64,000 nt of DNA from Minisyncoccota bacterium (GCA_035453125.1 DAOTCN010000001.1:85061-149060), one strand, 5' to 3'; shown: positions 9,385 through 20,618, counted from the first letter of the stretch. Translations and numbers: made by a program. Notes: a model not told the origin generated them from the sequence alone.

Positions 9385-11205
9385 TTGAGAGGATGTATTA
9401 TGGGATATAGTGATCATTTTTATATGGGAAGTTCTTATGGACTAAATAGTTCTGAACCGAAGTATGGTTATAGGCTTAGAACAGGTAATATAAGTATATC
9501 TACTGATGCTAGAACTGCTAATCAGTTAGGAGAAATATCTCAAAAACTTAATCAAGGAGTTAAGAATATTGAGATGTCTGCTTTAGCTATGCAGGGGATG
9601 GGAGGAGACTTTAATAAAATTCCACAACAACATTTAGAGGAATTAAGAAGAGTTAGTAAACTTGTTGGTGCAAATATAAGTGTTCATGGTCCTCTTATTG
9701 AGCCTTCAGGTGTTAATCTCAGATCTCAACAATGGAATGAAAGTGAGAGACAATATGCTGAGAGAGAAATTAAAGAAGTTTTAATGAGAACTCATGAGAT
9801 AAATCCAGAAGGAAATATTGTTGTTACTTTTCATTCAAGCGCAGCTCTTCCAGAGATGCTTCAAAAAGAAAAAGAAGGTAAGGAAGAAAGAACAAAATCA
9901 TTAGTTGTTATTAATGAAAATAGAGGTGTAACGGAAATTAAAGATCAAGAGAGGTTTTTTCCAAGAGAAACTGAACAAGGAGTTTATAAATTTGATCCAA
10001 AAAAAGAATTAGAAGAGTTAAATAATAAAAATTGGGTTGAATCTATTGATGCATTTGCTTATCATGCAGATATTGCAAAAGATCGTATTATTAGGAGCAG
10101 AGAGTTATCAGAAATTTCTGAAGAAACAAGACAGGCAATTTCAGAAGGAACTCTTGATCCTGAAAAACTTAAAAGAGAAAATCCGTATGATTATCAAGTT
10201 CTTATTGGTGGAGGAAAATCAAATGAAGGTCTTCTTATGTTAAAAAGATCATATGAAGATCTTAAAGGATTATATGAAATGGCCTATAAAAGTGCAAAAG
10301 ATCAAAATAACCAAGAACAATTAAAGAAATTAAATGATTTTGGAAATTTTGTTAAAGAAAATCTTTATAAATTAAAAGAAAGCGATCCAATTGTTTTAAA
10401 TTCTATTATAAGTAAGGGTGTTAATGTTTTGAGTGAAATTAAAGATGTTCAAATATTTAAACCATTAAATGAATTTGCGATTGATAAATCATCTGAAACG
10501 TTTTCAAATGCTGCATTTGATGTTTATAATAAATTTAAAGATAATTCACCAATTATAAGTATTGAAAATCCACCAGCTAACCAAGGTATTAGTAGAGCTG
10601 AAGATTTAAAGAAATTGATTGAAGAATCGAGAAACAAACTTGCTAAAAAATTAATTTCTGAAAAAGGAATTTCTGATGATGAAGCAAGTAAAATTGCTGA
10701 GAAAATGATTGGAGCTACTTGGGATGTTGGACATATAAATATGATAAGAAAATTTGGTTATGGAGAACAGGATGTTGTTAAAGAATCTAAAAAAATTGCT
10801 CCTTTTGTAAAACATGTTCATCTTTCGGATAATTTTGGAATGGAACATAGTGAATTGCCTATGGGCATGGGTAATGTTCCAATGAAAAAAATTATGGAAG
10901 AATTGGGAGAGAAAGGAGAAAAGGCTGCAAAAGTTATTGAGGCATTTGATTGGTGGTCAAATTTTAAAACATCTCCGTTAGTTGAATCTTTGCAAGCTTT
11001 TAGTTCACCGGTTTATGCTATGAAAATGGAGCCTTATTGGAATAGTTCTATGAATTATGGAAATTACTTTTCAGGTTATGGTGAAATGCTTCCAGATAGA
11101 TATTTTTCCGATATGGGTTCAGGTTTTTCGAATCTTCCTTCAGAATTAGGTGGTCGAATGCAAACAAGTGGAAAATCTAGAATGAGCGGAACTCCGATGG
11201 CTTAA
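9385..11205 (+). CDS. Xylose-isomerase/AP-endonuclease-like TIM-barrel protein with large insertion (start probably ATG 9400)
   Basis: SVHGP, TFHS, SIEN, TWDVGHIN, HVHLSDNFG metal-ligand motifs. Confidence 0.75.
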   Translation: MRGCIMGYSDHFYMGSSYGLNSSEPKYGYRLRTGNISISTDARTANQLGEISQKLNQGVKNIEMSALAMQGMGGDFNKIPQQHLEELRRVSKLVGANISVHGPLIEPSGVNLRSQQWNESERQYAEREIKEVLMRTHEINPEGNIVVTFHSSAALPEMLQKEKEGKEERTKSLVVINENRGVTEIKDQERFFPRETEQGVYKFDPKKELEELNNKNWVESIDAFAYHADIAKDRIIRSRELSEISEETRQAISEGTLDPEKLKRENPYDYQVLIGGGKSNEGLLMLKRSYEDLKGLYEMAYKSAKDQNNQEQLKKLNDFGNFVKENLYKLKESDPIVLNSIISKGVNVLSEIKDVQIFKPLNEFAIDKSSETFSNAAFDVYNKFKDNSPIISIENPPANQGISRAEDLKKLIEESRNKLAKKLISEKGISDDEASKIAEKMIGATWDVGHINMIRKFGYGEQDVVKESKKIAPFVKHVHLSDNFGMEHSELPMGMGNVPMKKIMEELGEKGEKAAKVIEAFDWWSNFKTSPLVESLQAFSSPVYAMKMEPYWNSSMNYGNYFSGYGEMLPDRYFSDMGSGFSNLPSELGGRMQTSGKSRMSGTPMA

Positions 11206-11250
11206 GACAACATTTATAAATAAAATTTAACTTGTTAATTTGTAAAAAAG

Positions 11251-12078
11251 ATGGTGAAAAAGAAAACTAAATTAAAGTTTGTTAAAGAAAAAGTTGTTTC
11301 AATTGATTTAAAAACAGATAGAGATATTGGAATGGATTTTGCAGTTAAAGTTTATAGAAAATTTGATAAGATTGTTAAAGCAATTGTTTTATTTGGTTCT
11401 TCTGCAAAAAAATCAGCAGTTTCAACTTCAGATATTGATATTGTAATTATAGTTGATGATGCATCAATTCAATGGGATCAAGAATTAATTGCTTGGTATA
11501 GAGAGGAACTTGGTAAAATTGTAGAAAAAAATCCTTATAAAAAAGAATTACATATTAATACTATTAAATTAACAACTTGGTGGGATGATTTAATAAAAGG
11601 AGATGCCGTTCTTCTTAATATTTTAAGGTATGGAGAAGCATTAATTGATATTGGTGGATTTTTTAATCCACTCAAAGCTTTATTAATACAAGGAAGAATA
11701 AAATTAACTCCTGAGGCAGTTTATATTGCATTGCAGAGATCACCAGAGCATATAAGAAGAAGTAAACTTGCTGAGATAAGTGCTGTTGAAGGACTTTATT
11801 GGTCAATGGTTGATTCTGCTCAAGCTGCACTTATGTCTATTAAGCTTCAACCACCTTCACCAGAACATATTCCTTTATTGTTAAAAGAAAATTTTGTAGA
11901 TAATAATCAACTTGATATAAAATATGTATCTTATTTTAGAGATCTTTATATTTTTTATAAAAAGATTATTCATGGTGATATAAATGATCTTGATGGTGCT
12001 GATTTAGAAATGTGGCAAAAAAGAACTGAAGAATTTCTTTCAGTAATGGTTAATCTTGTAAGAGATAGTATTGAATAA
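11251..12078 (+). CDS. Nucleotidyltransferase domain protein with helical C-terminal domain
   Basis: LFGSSA..SDIDIV motif; related to 17165..18967. Confidence 0.8.
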   Translation: MVKKKTKLKFVKEKVVSIDLKTDRDIGMDFAVKVYRKFDKIVKAIVLFGSSAKKSAVSTSDIDIVIIVDDASIQWDQELIAWYREELGKIVEKNPYKKELHINTIKLTTWWDDLIKGDAVLLNILRYGEALIDIGGFFNPLKALLIQGRIKLTPEAVYIALQRSPEHIRRSKLAEISAVEGLYWSMVDSAQAALMSIKLQPPSPEHIPLLLKENFVDNNQLDIKYVSYFRDLYIFYKKIIHGDINDLDGADLEMWQKRTEEFLSVMVNLVRDSIE

Positions 12079-12083
12079 GTTAA

Positions 12084-12818
12084 TTATCTTGTAGAATTTT
12101 GAACATATTTTGCAAATTCATAACCTATTGTTGCATAAGCTTTATCTTTATCTTTTTTTTCAAGTGAATTTATATCTGCCTTTAAATATTCTTTTACTTT
12201 GTTTTCGTCAATTTGCCCTTCTTTATCTATAAAATAAGATAAGTACTTATTTATTTCATAATTTGCCCTTCCTTTTATAAGTGTTTTAATTTCTCTTTCA
12301 TTCTTTACTCTAGTTAAAACTTTTGCAAATGCTTCGTTTCCTTCTTTTATGAAATTAATATAACCTTTTACATCCTCTTCTTCAGCTATTTTATTTACTT
12401 TGTCTGATCTTTTTTTAGAATTTATAATATCTTTATAATTTTTATTAGATAAATTTCCAGCAGGTGTTTCGATAAGTATTTTAATCAAATATTCTCCACT
12501 AAGATTATCAATCATTGAATTGTATTCAGGTTCAACTATTTTTGCAAGATTTTGAGTATAACTTTCATATGCTGGTTTTATTGCCTTTGAAAGTGTTGGA
12601 TCAAGTTCTCTTGTAGGTAAGTTTCTTAATAGTTTAAATTCATCTTCACTTAGATCACCATAAGCTATAGGTAAAAGCATTTCAACTTCATTAACATTCC
12701 AGTCTAAGACATTAACTCCTTCTTTTTTTGATTTTTCATATCTTTTTTTTAGATTATCAACTAAACCGTATCTCATTGCTTCTTGCATTAATTCTTCAGT
12801 TATATTTTCAAGTGTCAT
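12084..12818 (-). CDS. Hypothetical protein
   Basis: 244-aa ORF with upstream BRE/TATA-like motif. Confidence 0.7.
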   Translation of the reverse strand: MTLENITEELMQEAMRYGLVDNLKKRYEKSKKEGVNVLDWNVNEVEMLLPIAYGDLSEDEFKLLRNLPTRELDPTLSKAIKPAYESYTQNLAKIVEPEYNSMIDNLSGEYLIKILIETPAGNLSNKNYKDIINSKKRSDKVNKIAEEEDVKGYINFIKEGNEAFAKVLTRVKNEREIKTLIKGRANYEINKYLSYFIDKEGQIDENKVKEYLKADINSLEKKDKDKAYATIGYEFAKYVQNSTR

Positions 12819-12921
12819 TTTTCCTTTTTTTAGTATGTTTATTAATTTTATAATATATTAAGAGTATTTAAATCTTTCGGTTTGTGTTACCTATATAGTA
12901 GTAACAAAAATTATTGTTTAT

Positions 12922-15510
12922 TTAGAAAATATCTATAATCTCATTTAACTCTTCTTCAGAGAGGTCTTTTACTTGAGAATCCAAGATTTCTTTGTTATCT
13001 TCATTTGATGATTTTTCAATAGATAAGATTTCATCAGCAACATATTCTGGAATCTTTTTATTATTGGAGTATTTTGAGTTGTTTGTTTTGTCTGAATTTT
13101 CAAAGATTAATTCTTTGAGTGATTGTTCATTAGATTTTAAATTTGTAATTGCTATTGCCTCTTCAATATTTTCGCGATTCATTTCTCTTTCTATTTCTTT
13201 TTTATTTTCATATATTTTTTTATTATTGTCTTCTGAATATTCTCTTTTAATAGTTTCATTTTCTTCAATTTCAGAAATTAGCTTTGAGATATCGTAAGCT
13301 GCATCTGCGTTTACAGAAATACTTGATATGTTATTTTGAATAAGAAATTTTACCATTTCTTTATTTGAACCTGCTTGGCCACATATACTTGATTCCACTC
13401 CCATTTCTTCACATGATCTTAAAACTCTTTTAATTAAATTTAATACAGCAGGGTTTGTTTCATTATATAAATATTGAACATCTTCATTTCCACGATCAAT
13501 TGCAAGTGTATATTGAGTAAGGTCATTTGTTCCTAAACTAATAAAGTCTAATTTTTGTTTTAGTAAGTCTTTGATTACAACACATGCTGCAGGAGTTTCA
13601 ACCATTATTCCTACTTTTATATTTTTCATATTCATTTTCATATTTTCAATCACTTTTTTAGCAGATATAACTTCTTCTACAGAAATTATTTGAGGGAACA
13701 TTATTCCAAATATTTTTTCTTTATTTTTTTCAGCACAGTTTTTTATTGCTTGTAGTTCTGCTTTAAATATTGAAGGATTTTTTAAAGAAAATCTTATTCC
13801 ATGCATTCCTAACATTGGATTAAGCTCAAAATTTTTTGGTGCACCTTCTAGATTTCTGAATTCATCTGTTCTTATGTCCGATGCTCTTATCCATACTTCT
13901 TTAAAATATTCAGAAATTTTTTCAACACCTTCTTCTATTATTTTTGTGTAGTCTTGAAGTTTATTTTCTTTTAAGAATTTTATTGGGTGTTTTCCAGATT
14001 CAGCAATTATTCCTTCTAATCTCAAAAGACCAACTGCTTCACATTTTGTTTGTGCTGCTCTTTCAGCAAAACTTGGTAAGTCAACAATTACTTTTATTTT
14101 TGTTTTAGTTTCTACAATAGGTTTTATTTCAACTTTTTGTGTTTTTGCTTCTCCTTCAAATACTTTGCCTTGAAATCCATCAACTGTGATAATTTGACCC
14201 TCTTTTAGTCGTTTTGTTGCAAAATCTGTTCCTACAACAGCTGGAATTCCCATTTCACGGCTTACAATTGCTGCATGACTTGTAATTCCACCTTCATCTG
14301 TGACAATTCCTGCAGATTTTTGCATGGTTACAACCATATCCGGATTTGTCATTTCAGTAACTAAGACATCTCCTTTTTGAACTTTGGTAAGATCTGAAAG
14401 AGTGTGAACAATTTTTACAGGTCCAGATGCAACACCTGGAGATGCTCCAAGACCTGATAGAAGTATTTCTCCTTGTATCTCTTTTTCTTTTGATTCTATT
14501 GAAACAGTTGTTATTGGTCTTGTTTGTAAAATATAAAGTTCTCCAGATTCAACTGCAAATTCAATATCTTGTGGTTTTCCATAATGTTTTTCAAGTTTAA
14601 TTCCATAATCGGCAAATCTTTTAATTTCATGGTCTTCAAGAACTTGCATCTTGCTTCTTGTTGCAGTAAGCTTAACTTCAGTATTATTACCTTGAGAGTC
14701 TCTTACTAATGCAATTTTCTTTTCAGCTATTTTTTTATTAATAATTTCAAGATCTTGAGAAACTTCATAATTATCTGGTTTTATTTTTCCAGAAACAATT
14801 CCCTCACCTAATCCATAAACAGCTTCAATCATAACATTATTATTGTTTTTTACAGGATTTCTTGAAAACATAACTCCTGATTTGTCTGCATTAATCATTT
14901 TTTGAACAATTACTGAAAGAGAGAATTTTTCATTTGCAAATCCTCTTTTTTTTCTATAGTAGATTGCTCGTGCTGTAAAAAGACTTGCAAAATCTCGTTT
15001 AACTGCTTCGATTAGTTGTTTATTTCCCTTTATATTTAAGAAAGTTTCTTGTTGTCCAGCAAAGCTTGATCCTTCTAAATCTTCAGTTGTTGCACTCGAA
15101 CGAACAGCAACAAATGCAGGTTCACTGCTGTTTTTTAGTATACTCAAAGCATATTTGCTTGCAGCTTCAAGAGTCTTTTTATCAACACTTAAATTTTCAT
15201 AAGCTTCAAGTATTTCTTTTTGAAGGTCTTGAGGCATTTCAGAGCTTATTATTATCTTTCTAATACTTTCTGATTCTTTTTCAAGTTCTCCAGTATTATC
15301 AACATCGATTGAATCAAGAATTTCATTTATCTGGTTTTTTATACCTGCTTTTTCAATAAAATGATAGTATGCTTTTGTTGTAATTGCAAAACCTGGAGGA
15401 ACTGGGAATTTGGAATTATACATTTCTCCAAGATTAGCACCTTTACCTCCTGCAATTGGTCCAGAATTTTTATTAAGTTCTGAAAACCATCTAATAAATT
15501 CGCTTGTCAT
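12922..15510 (-). CDS. ppsA: Phosphoenolpyruvate synthase
   Basis: GGKGANLGEM, AVRSSAT.ED..SFAGQQET, GGITSHAAIVSRE, GTNDLTQY, ICGQ. Confidence 0.95.
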   Translation of the reverse strand: MTSEFIRWFSELNKNSGPIAGGKGANLGEMYNSKFPVPPGFAITTKAYYHFIEKAGIKNQINEILDSIDVDNTGELEKESESIRKIIISSEMPQDLQKEILEAYENLSVDKKTLEAASKYALSILKNSSEPAFVAVRSSATTEDLEGSSFAGQQETFLNIKGNKQLIEAVKRDFASLFTARAIYYRKKRGFANEKFSLSVIVQKMINADKSGVMFSRNPVKNNNNVMIEAVYGLGEGIVSGKIKPDNYEVSQDLEIINKKIAEKKIALVRDSQGNNTEVKLTATRSKMQVLEDHEIKRFADYGIKLEKHYGKPQDIEFAVESGELYILQTRPITTVSIESKEKEIQGEILLSGLGASPGVASGPVKIVHTLSDLTKVQKGDVLVTEMTNPDMVVTMQKSAGIVTDEGGITSHAAIVSREMGIPAVVGTDFATKRLKEGQIITVDGFQGKVFEGEAKTQKVEIKPIVETKTKIKVIVDLPSFAERAAQTKCEAVGLLRLEGIIAESGKHPIKFLKENKLQDYTKIIEEGVEKISEYFKEVWIRASDIRTDEFRNLEGAPKNFELNPMLGMHGIRFSLKNPSIFKAELQAIKNCAEKNKEKIFGIMFPQIISVEEVISAKKVIENMKMNMKNIKVGIMVETPAACVVIKDLLKQKLDFISLGTNDLTQYTLAIDRGNEDVQYLYNETNPAVLNLIKRVLRSCEEMGVESSICGQAGSNKEMVKFLIQNNISSISVNADAAYDISKLISEIEENETIKREYSEDNNKKIYENKKEIEREMNRENIEEAIAITNLKSNEQSLKELIFENSDKTNNSKYSNNKKIPEYVADEILSIEKSSNEDNKEILDSQVKDLSEEELNEIIDIF

Positions 15511-15763
15511 TTTCCTCTTTATTTTGTTTTATATTTAGGGTAAACAAGTAAGCATTAATAAAGTTTGTTATGGCTTGAAATTTATTTTATTATTTATTAT
15601 AAAAGTTTAAAAAATAGTTAATAAGGACAATAGAATAAATAATTAAAAAATTAATTAGGTGAACAAAATGTTTTTAGATCTTATAATAAATAATAGTATG
15701 ACAAACTTATTTTGCAAGAGAAAAATTAAAAAACTATGATTTGAGTATTAATTAAATTGACAA

Positions 15764-15985
15764 ATGAAAAACAATATAAATAAAATGTCATGTAAAAATT
15801 GTTCATATTCTTATTATAGTTCCGATGACTATTTTGAATATGAAAAATGTAGTATTTCTGGTAAGTATAATGATTATCCAATTAATCTTGCTGCATTACA
15901 TAAGATTTTATCTTTAAATCAAGAAGATTCTTTAGATTTTTGTGAGTATTATAAACCAAGAAATAAAAAAGAAATGTTCAATTAA
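15764..15985 (+). CDS. Small Cys-containing hypothetical protein
   Basis: CKNC..C..CEYY pattern. Confidence 0.45.
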   Translation: MKNNINKMSCKNCSYSYYSSDDYFEYEKCSISGKYNDYPINLAALHKILSLNQEDSLDFCEYYKPRNKKEMFN

Positions 15986-16032
15986 AATTTAATTAATACT
16001 CAAAAATCAGTATTATTTAGAGTGTAGTGTAT

Positions 16033-16257
16033 TTAATGTTTTTTATATAATAAATTACTTTTTATTCTTTTTTCAATTATAAAAAGAGCAAATCCTAAAA
16101 ATAAAAAAGTTAATCCAAAAATAAGGCTTATTGAAGGTGAAACGTTTCTTATTCCAATAATTGCACCAAGTGTTTTAACCTCTGCATTAATTAAAAGGAA
16201 TGCTCCCAAAATTATTGAGAACAAACTTAAAACAATATAGAATGTTTTAATATTCAT
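16033..16257 (-). CDS. Small membrane protein
   Basis: Two TM segments, same architecture as 8440..8682. Confidence 0.55.
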   Translation of the reverse strand: MNIKTFYIVLSLFSIILGAFLLINAEVKTLGAIIGIRNVSPSISLIFGLTFLFLGFALFIIEKRIKSNLLYKKH

Positions 16258-16286
16258 TTTATTAAATGTTATTTTATTTTAAATTT

Positions 16287-16829
16287 TCAGTTTTTTATTT
16301 TTTCTTGGGTAATCTTTGTTTTGCAAGGGAGTTTTGATTTTACAGAATTTATAATATCTTTAATTATTTTTATTTGTTTATCTCCACTTGTTGAAATTAA
16401 GTATATTTCTTGGTTTTGTTTTAATAATGCTGCTCTTCCCATTGCTTTTCCAAATGATGCAGACATACCTGTCTGCATTCTATCTGCTCCAGCTCCTGTC
16501 AACATTTTATTTTCTCTAAGAATATGGTGCGGGTAAACTCTTACTTCAAAATAATACTGGCCAGGAATTTTATTTTCAAGATTCCTTGAAATATATTGTC
16601 TTGCTGCTTCAAGTGCATTATCTCTTATTTGAACTTTTTCTGTTGTTGCTACTTTTATTACTGTGTCAAATTTTCTTTCTTCATAAAGCTTCATTTTTCC
16701 CATATTAAATTTATTTATTTTTTGTACAGGAACAGCTTTTATAAAATTCTTTGATTTTCTTTTAGATTTTCTAGTATAAGGTCTTGCATATCTTTTTGAA
16801 TAAGCTCCAGCTTTTCTTAAACTTGCCAT
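16287..16829 (-). CDS. rpl10e: 50S ribosomal protein L10e (uL16)
   Basis: ALEAAR, YPHHILRENKMLTGAGADRMQTGM..FGK. Confidence 0.96.
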   Translation of the reverse strand: MASLRKAGAYSKRYARPYTRKSKRKSKNFIKAVPVQKINKFNMGKMKLYEERKFDTVIKVATTEKVQIRDNALEAARQYISRNLENKIPGQYYFEVRVYPHHILRENKMLTGAGADRMQTGMSASFGKAMGRAALLKQNQEIYLISTSGDKQIKIIKDIINSVKSKLPCKTKITQEKIKN

Positions 16830-16830
16830 T

Positions 16831-17097
16831 TTATTTCATCTCCACCTCAGTTGTTAATGCTTGACCTGGAAGACCTTTTTCAAATATAGCTCTTACAAGT
16901 CCTTTGTTTCCATGAGCACCAGATATTTTACCGGTTATAACTTTCTTTTTAACACCTGGAGAAGTCCATGTAACTTCTTTACCTATTGATTTTTCTGCTT
17001 CAGCTCTAGTTTTGAATCCAAAGTCAAGGATAAAATGCTTTTCAGTAACTGTATGTCTTCCTTGTCTAAATTGTATAACTTTTCCTTTGTTTGTCAT
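16831..17097 (-). CDS. rpl35ae: 50S ribosomal protein L35Ae (eL33)
   Basis: GKI...HGNKGLVRAIF..GLPGQA. Confidence 0.92.
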   Translation of the reverse strand: MTNKGKVIQFRQGRHTVTEKHFILDFGFKTRAEAEKSIGKEVTWTSPGVKKKVITGKISGAHGNKGLVRAIFEKGLPGQALTTEVEMK

Positions 17098-17164
17098 TAT
17101 TCTACCACAAAAAATATGTTTAAAAATCTAACTATTTATGTTTTTTAAATCTTTTTCACTATGT

Positions 17165-18967
17165 TTATATAACTATTTCAAAATCTCCGAGCTCTTTTTT
17201 CAGAATTTCAAAGAGTTTTCCACTGAATTTAAGCTGAACTTTTCCTTTTTGTTCAGATATTGCTTTGTTTAAAGATTCAATATCTGAATTTTCAAGCTTA
17301 TTTGTTATCTTTTTTATTGTTGTCCCAATAACTAAGAAAGACTCTTTTTCAGTAAAAATTATTTCAGCTTGTTGTTTATTGTTTGAAGAACCATAAAGTA
17401 TTTGCATTCTTGATTTGTCTATTGTGACTAAATCACATCTTTGTCCATAATCAATTAATTGATTAATTAATAATGTTGCATTTTTTCTTGCATTTTCAAT
17501 ATCATTCTTTTTTATTTTTCCTGACTTAAATTCAGTTATGGCTTTTTCAATGTTTTTTAACATTTCAAGCATTTTTACTGGCATTTTTCCTTTTTTAACA
17601 AGTTCTTTGTTGAACAGTTCAATTAATTCTTTCTTAGACTTTTTACCAAATAAATTTTCAAGAATTTGGAAAACATCTTTTTCAATTTGTTCAATTGTCT
17701 TTTTCTGACTTACTTTTTCAATTTGTTCTCTTAGTTTTTTCATTCTTTTAATAAAATCTTCTATTTCAATTATTAATTCATCTATTTCTGAACCTTTTAT
17801 TTCTGTTACTTTCCCATGTTCGTACCCTTTGTATATTTTTATTATTTTATCGAGAATATCTGCATACTTTTTTTCAAGTATTTTTTCTTTGTTTACAAAT
17901 GTTTCTTGAAAGATTTGTGCAGTATCTTTTGGAACTGGTGGAGGAAGACCATAAAGCATTAATAAAGCTTGTGCAGGTGTTATTGCTCCCCAATATATAT
18001 CATTTATAACAATATCTAATAATCTTCTTTTTGCTGTTTTCTCAACTTTATCTCCCATTGACATAAAAATATCAATTGCTTCAGGAGATGGCTTGATTTT
18101 ACCCATCTTTAGAAGAAGTTTCCAAGGGATGAATGTTCCTCTATCATATAGTGGAACTCCATCTCTAATAAATGTAAACATAACAGGATGTGCATCTTTA
18201 ACAGCTTCCCAGAAATCTGTTAAAAGATAAATTTGTGGTTCTAATTTATTTTTTGCACCAGATATTGCAGCTGCATCTGCAAGATATTTATAGATAATAC
18301 TCCTTAACTTTTCTCTTAATTCTAATCGAGGCATTCTTTTTACATCAGTATCATCAATAATTATAAAAACATCAACGTCAGAGGTTTTTGTTGCTGTACC
18401 TCTTACTAAAGAACCTGCAATTACATAACTTGAAACATATTTTTCAAATTTCCTTATTACTAAATTTTTGTGTACTTCTGCAACTCTTAATGCTCCAAGT
18501 AATCCTTTATCATACAAAGGATAAGAAAGAGCAATTGCTGATACTAGTTCATATCTCGAATCCATTCCGAAATTCCATATATCAACAGGAGTTATTATAT
18601 GTAACCATAATTTTGGTTTTATGTCTTTTGTTTTTTCAATTAATTCTTTTTTTATCTTTTCTATATTCTTGAATTGTTCTTCTGGAATTAGAACTAAAAC
18701 ATGTTCTCTTTTTTCATTTTTTTCAGATTCAGGAATATCCTCTTCTTCTTCGATTTTAGGGATTGATTGAGGAGGAAGTAAACTTACTGATATTGTAAAA
18801 GGGTATTTTTTGATAATCATATCTTTTACTTTATTTAGTTCATTTTTTCTTTTTTCAATCTCTTTTTTAACACTTTCAGATATTTCAGGCATTAAATCTT
18901 TCGAAACATATTTTTTATTGTCTACAATTTCTGAATGTAAATCTTTTACTTGTTTTTCTTCAGCCAT
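17165..18967 (-). CDS. Large nucleotidyltransferase-domain protein
   Basis: IAGSLVRG..SDVDVF motif, a degenerate first repeat, helical C-terminal region. Confidence 0.8.
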   Translation of the reverse strand: MAEEKQVKDLHSEIVDNKKYVSKDLMPEISESVKKEIEKRKNELNKVKDMIIKKYPFTISVSLLPPQSIPKIEEEEDIPESEKNEKREHVLVLIPEEQFKNIEKIKKELIEKTKDIKPKLWLHIITPVDIWNFGMDSRYELVSAIALSYPLYDKGLLGALRVAEVHKNLVIRKFEKYVSSYVIAGSLVRGTATKTSDVDVFIIIDDTDVKRMPRLELREKLRSIIYKYLADAAAISGAKNKLEPQIYLLTDFWEAVKDAHPVMFTFIRDGVPLYDRGTFIPWKLLLKMGKIKPSPEAIDIFMSMGDKVEKTAKRRLLDIVINDIYWGAITPAQALLMLYGLPPPVPKDTAQIFQETFVNKEKILEKKYADILDKIIKIYKGYEHGKVTEIKGSEIDELIIEIEDFIKRMKKLREQIEKVSQKKTIEQIEKDVFQILENLFGKKSKKELIELFNKELVKKGKMPVKMLEMLKNIEKAITEFKSGKIKKNDIENARKNATLLINQLIDYGQRCDLVTIDKSRMQILYGSSNNKQQAEIIFTEKESFLVIGTTIKKITNKLENSDIESLNKAISEQKGKVQLKFSGKLFEILKKELGDFEIVI

Positions 18968-19056
18968 TTTTATTTATTTTAATCTTACTTTTATTCAATA
19001 GTTTATAGTTTATAAAACTAAGGATATATAAAGTTAATCAATTATAATTTGATTAA

Positions 19057-20031
19057 TTATTTTTTTCTTTTTTTATTAATTGGTTTTTTGCTAAATTTTT
19101 TTTCTTTTATTATTTTTACTGTGCTAACTGTTTCTTTACTTTTTCTTTTTAATAATTCAAATAAGGCAAAAAGTGTTATTATTGCACCTGCAATTGCTGA
19201 GAAAGTGACTAAATAATCTTTCAATCTTTTAACTTTACTTGCTTCCTCTGCCTTTTCTAATTTGTTTTTTTGATATAATAGTTCGTCATTTGCAAGAATA
19301 ATGTTTACTTTTGCATTTTCAATATCTTCAGAAATAATTGCTGCTTCCGCCTTCCTTATATATCCTTTTAATTCATTAGTATTTATACCCGAGGTATCAT
19401 AATCATCTTTTTTATTATTTATCTCCTCTTCAAGGTAAGTATAGTTTTCTTTTAAAATGTATAATTTTGAAGAAAGTTCTTTTAATATCTCTTTGTTTTC
19501 TTCATTTTCATTTATTTCACTTTGAGCGGAGTTTACAGTTACATTCTGATAGAAGGTGTATTGTCTTATTTTTATTGCTAATGTAACATTACCTGGTGTA
19601 TTAAAATTTCCAAATATTAGAATATATCCTTTTTCATTAGGAGCTAAACTTTCTATAGAAATAATATCATATGTTGAAAATCCATTACCCGTTATAACTG
19701 CAAAAATATCGTTTATTGTTTCATTTTTTTTATTTTGAATTTGGAGACTAAATTGAGATTCTCCTATTTCAAAGTTAGTTGGAGTAAATTTTGTTAGAAA
19801 AATTTCAGGAGTAATAATTTCTGTTTCATTGTTTAATGATTCATTAAGAATTTGAGACTCGTTTTGTTCTGGAGTGATATTTTGTTCTGGAGATATATTT
19901 TGATCAATTATTATTAATTCAGAATCATTTATAACTTGGCCAGTAAAATTTTTAATTCCAACAATAATGCTTAGGCTAATTATGCTTAATCCAACTAAAA
20001 ATATAATTAACCAAAATTTATCACCTTTCAT
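19057..20031 (-). CDS. Membrane-anchored protein (Ig/CARDB-like segment plus coiled coil)
   Basis: N-terminal and C-terminal TM helices, many N-x-S/T sites, IESLAPNE motif. Confidence 0.7.
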   Translation of the reverse strand: MKGDKFWLIIFLVGLSIISLSIIVGIKNFTGQVINDSELIIIDQNISPEQNITPEQNESQILNESLNNETEIITPEIFLTKFTPTNFEIGESQFSLQIQNKKNETINDIFAVITGNGFSTYDIISIESLAPNEKGYILIFGNFNTPGNVTLAIKIRQYTFYQNVTVNSAQSEINENEENKEILKELSSKLYILKENYTYLEEEINNKKDDYDTSGINTNELKGYIRKAEAAIISEDIENAKVNIILANDELLYQKNKLEKAEEASKVKRLKDYLVTFSAIAGAIITLFALFELLKRKSKETVSTVKIIKEKKFSKKPINKKRKK

Positions 20032-20084
20032 ATTTAAATATACTTTTTTGATTTAATAAATCTTATTATTTGTTATTTAACATA

Positions 20085-20618
20085 TTATATCCAGTCAGTA
20101 ATTTTATTAGATATAATTCCAGAATCATTACAGTGGTATACTTTATGAAAAATTTGGGTAAAAATTGTGTGAACTTTAAAATTAAATTCATTTTTTAGTA
20201 TATTTTTATTTTTCTTTGAGAGTTCTAGTTGAGGTGCTTTAAATTCTGTGGCATCAAATCCAAAACATTTTTTGAATTCTTCTTTACCTACTTGAATATA
20301 CTCTATCTCTCTTTTTGTATTAAATTCATTATATGTATGATAAACTCCATGCATAACTAAGCTTTTATTGAATTGATTAATGTAACTACACCATTCAGGA
20401 TAATTTTTAATACTTTCATTTTCAAATAATGGTATTACTGCAAGATAATCTGATTTTTTAATTAAATCTTTACTACAAGGAATATTTGGATGCAAATCAT
20501 CTAAATGTTTTGGAGAAAAAAGTCTAATAATGAATAATATTATAGCTAAAGACAAAATGATTAAAACAATTAATAATACTATTTTTTTAATTTTCATTCT
20601 CTTTTGACTATTGTACAA
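20085..20618 (-). CDS. Polysaccharide-deacetylase-like (DUF2334-like) protein
   Basis: LDDLHP, MHGVYH, FKAPQ motifs; N-terminal TM. Confidence 0.65.
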   Translation of the reverse strand: MYNSQKRMKIKKIVLLIVLIILSLAIILFIIRLFSPKHLDDLHPNIPCSKDLIKKSDYLAVIPLFENESIKNYPEWCSYINQFNKSLVMHGVYHTYNEFNTKREIEYIQVGKEEFKKCFGFDATEFKAPQLELSKKNKNILKNEFNFKVHTIFTQIFHKVYHCNDSGIISNKITDWI

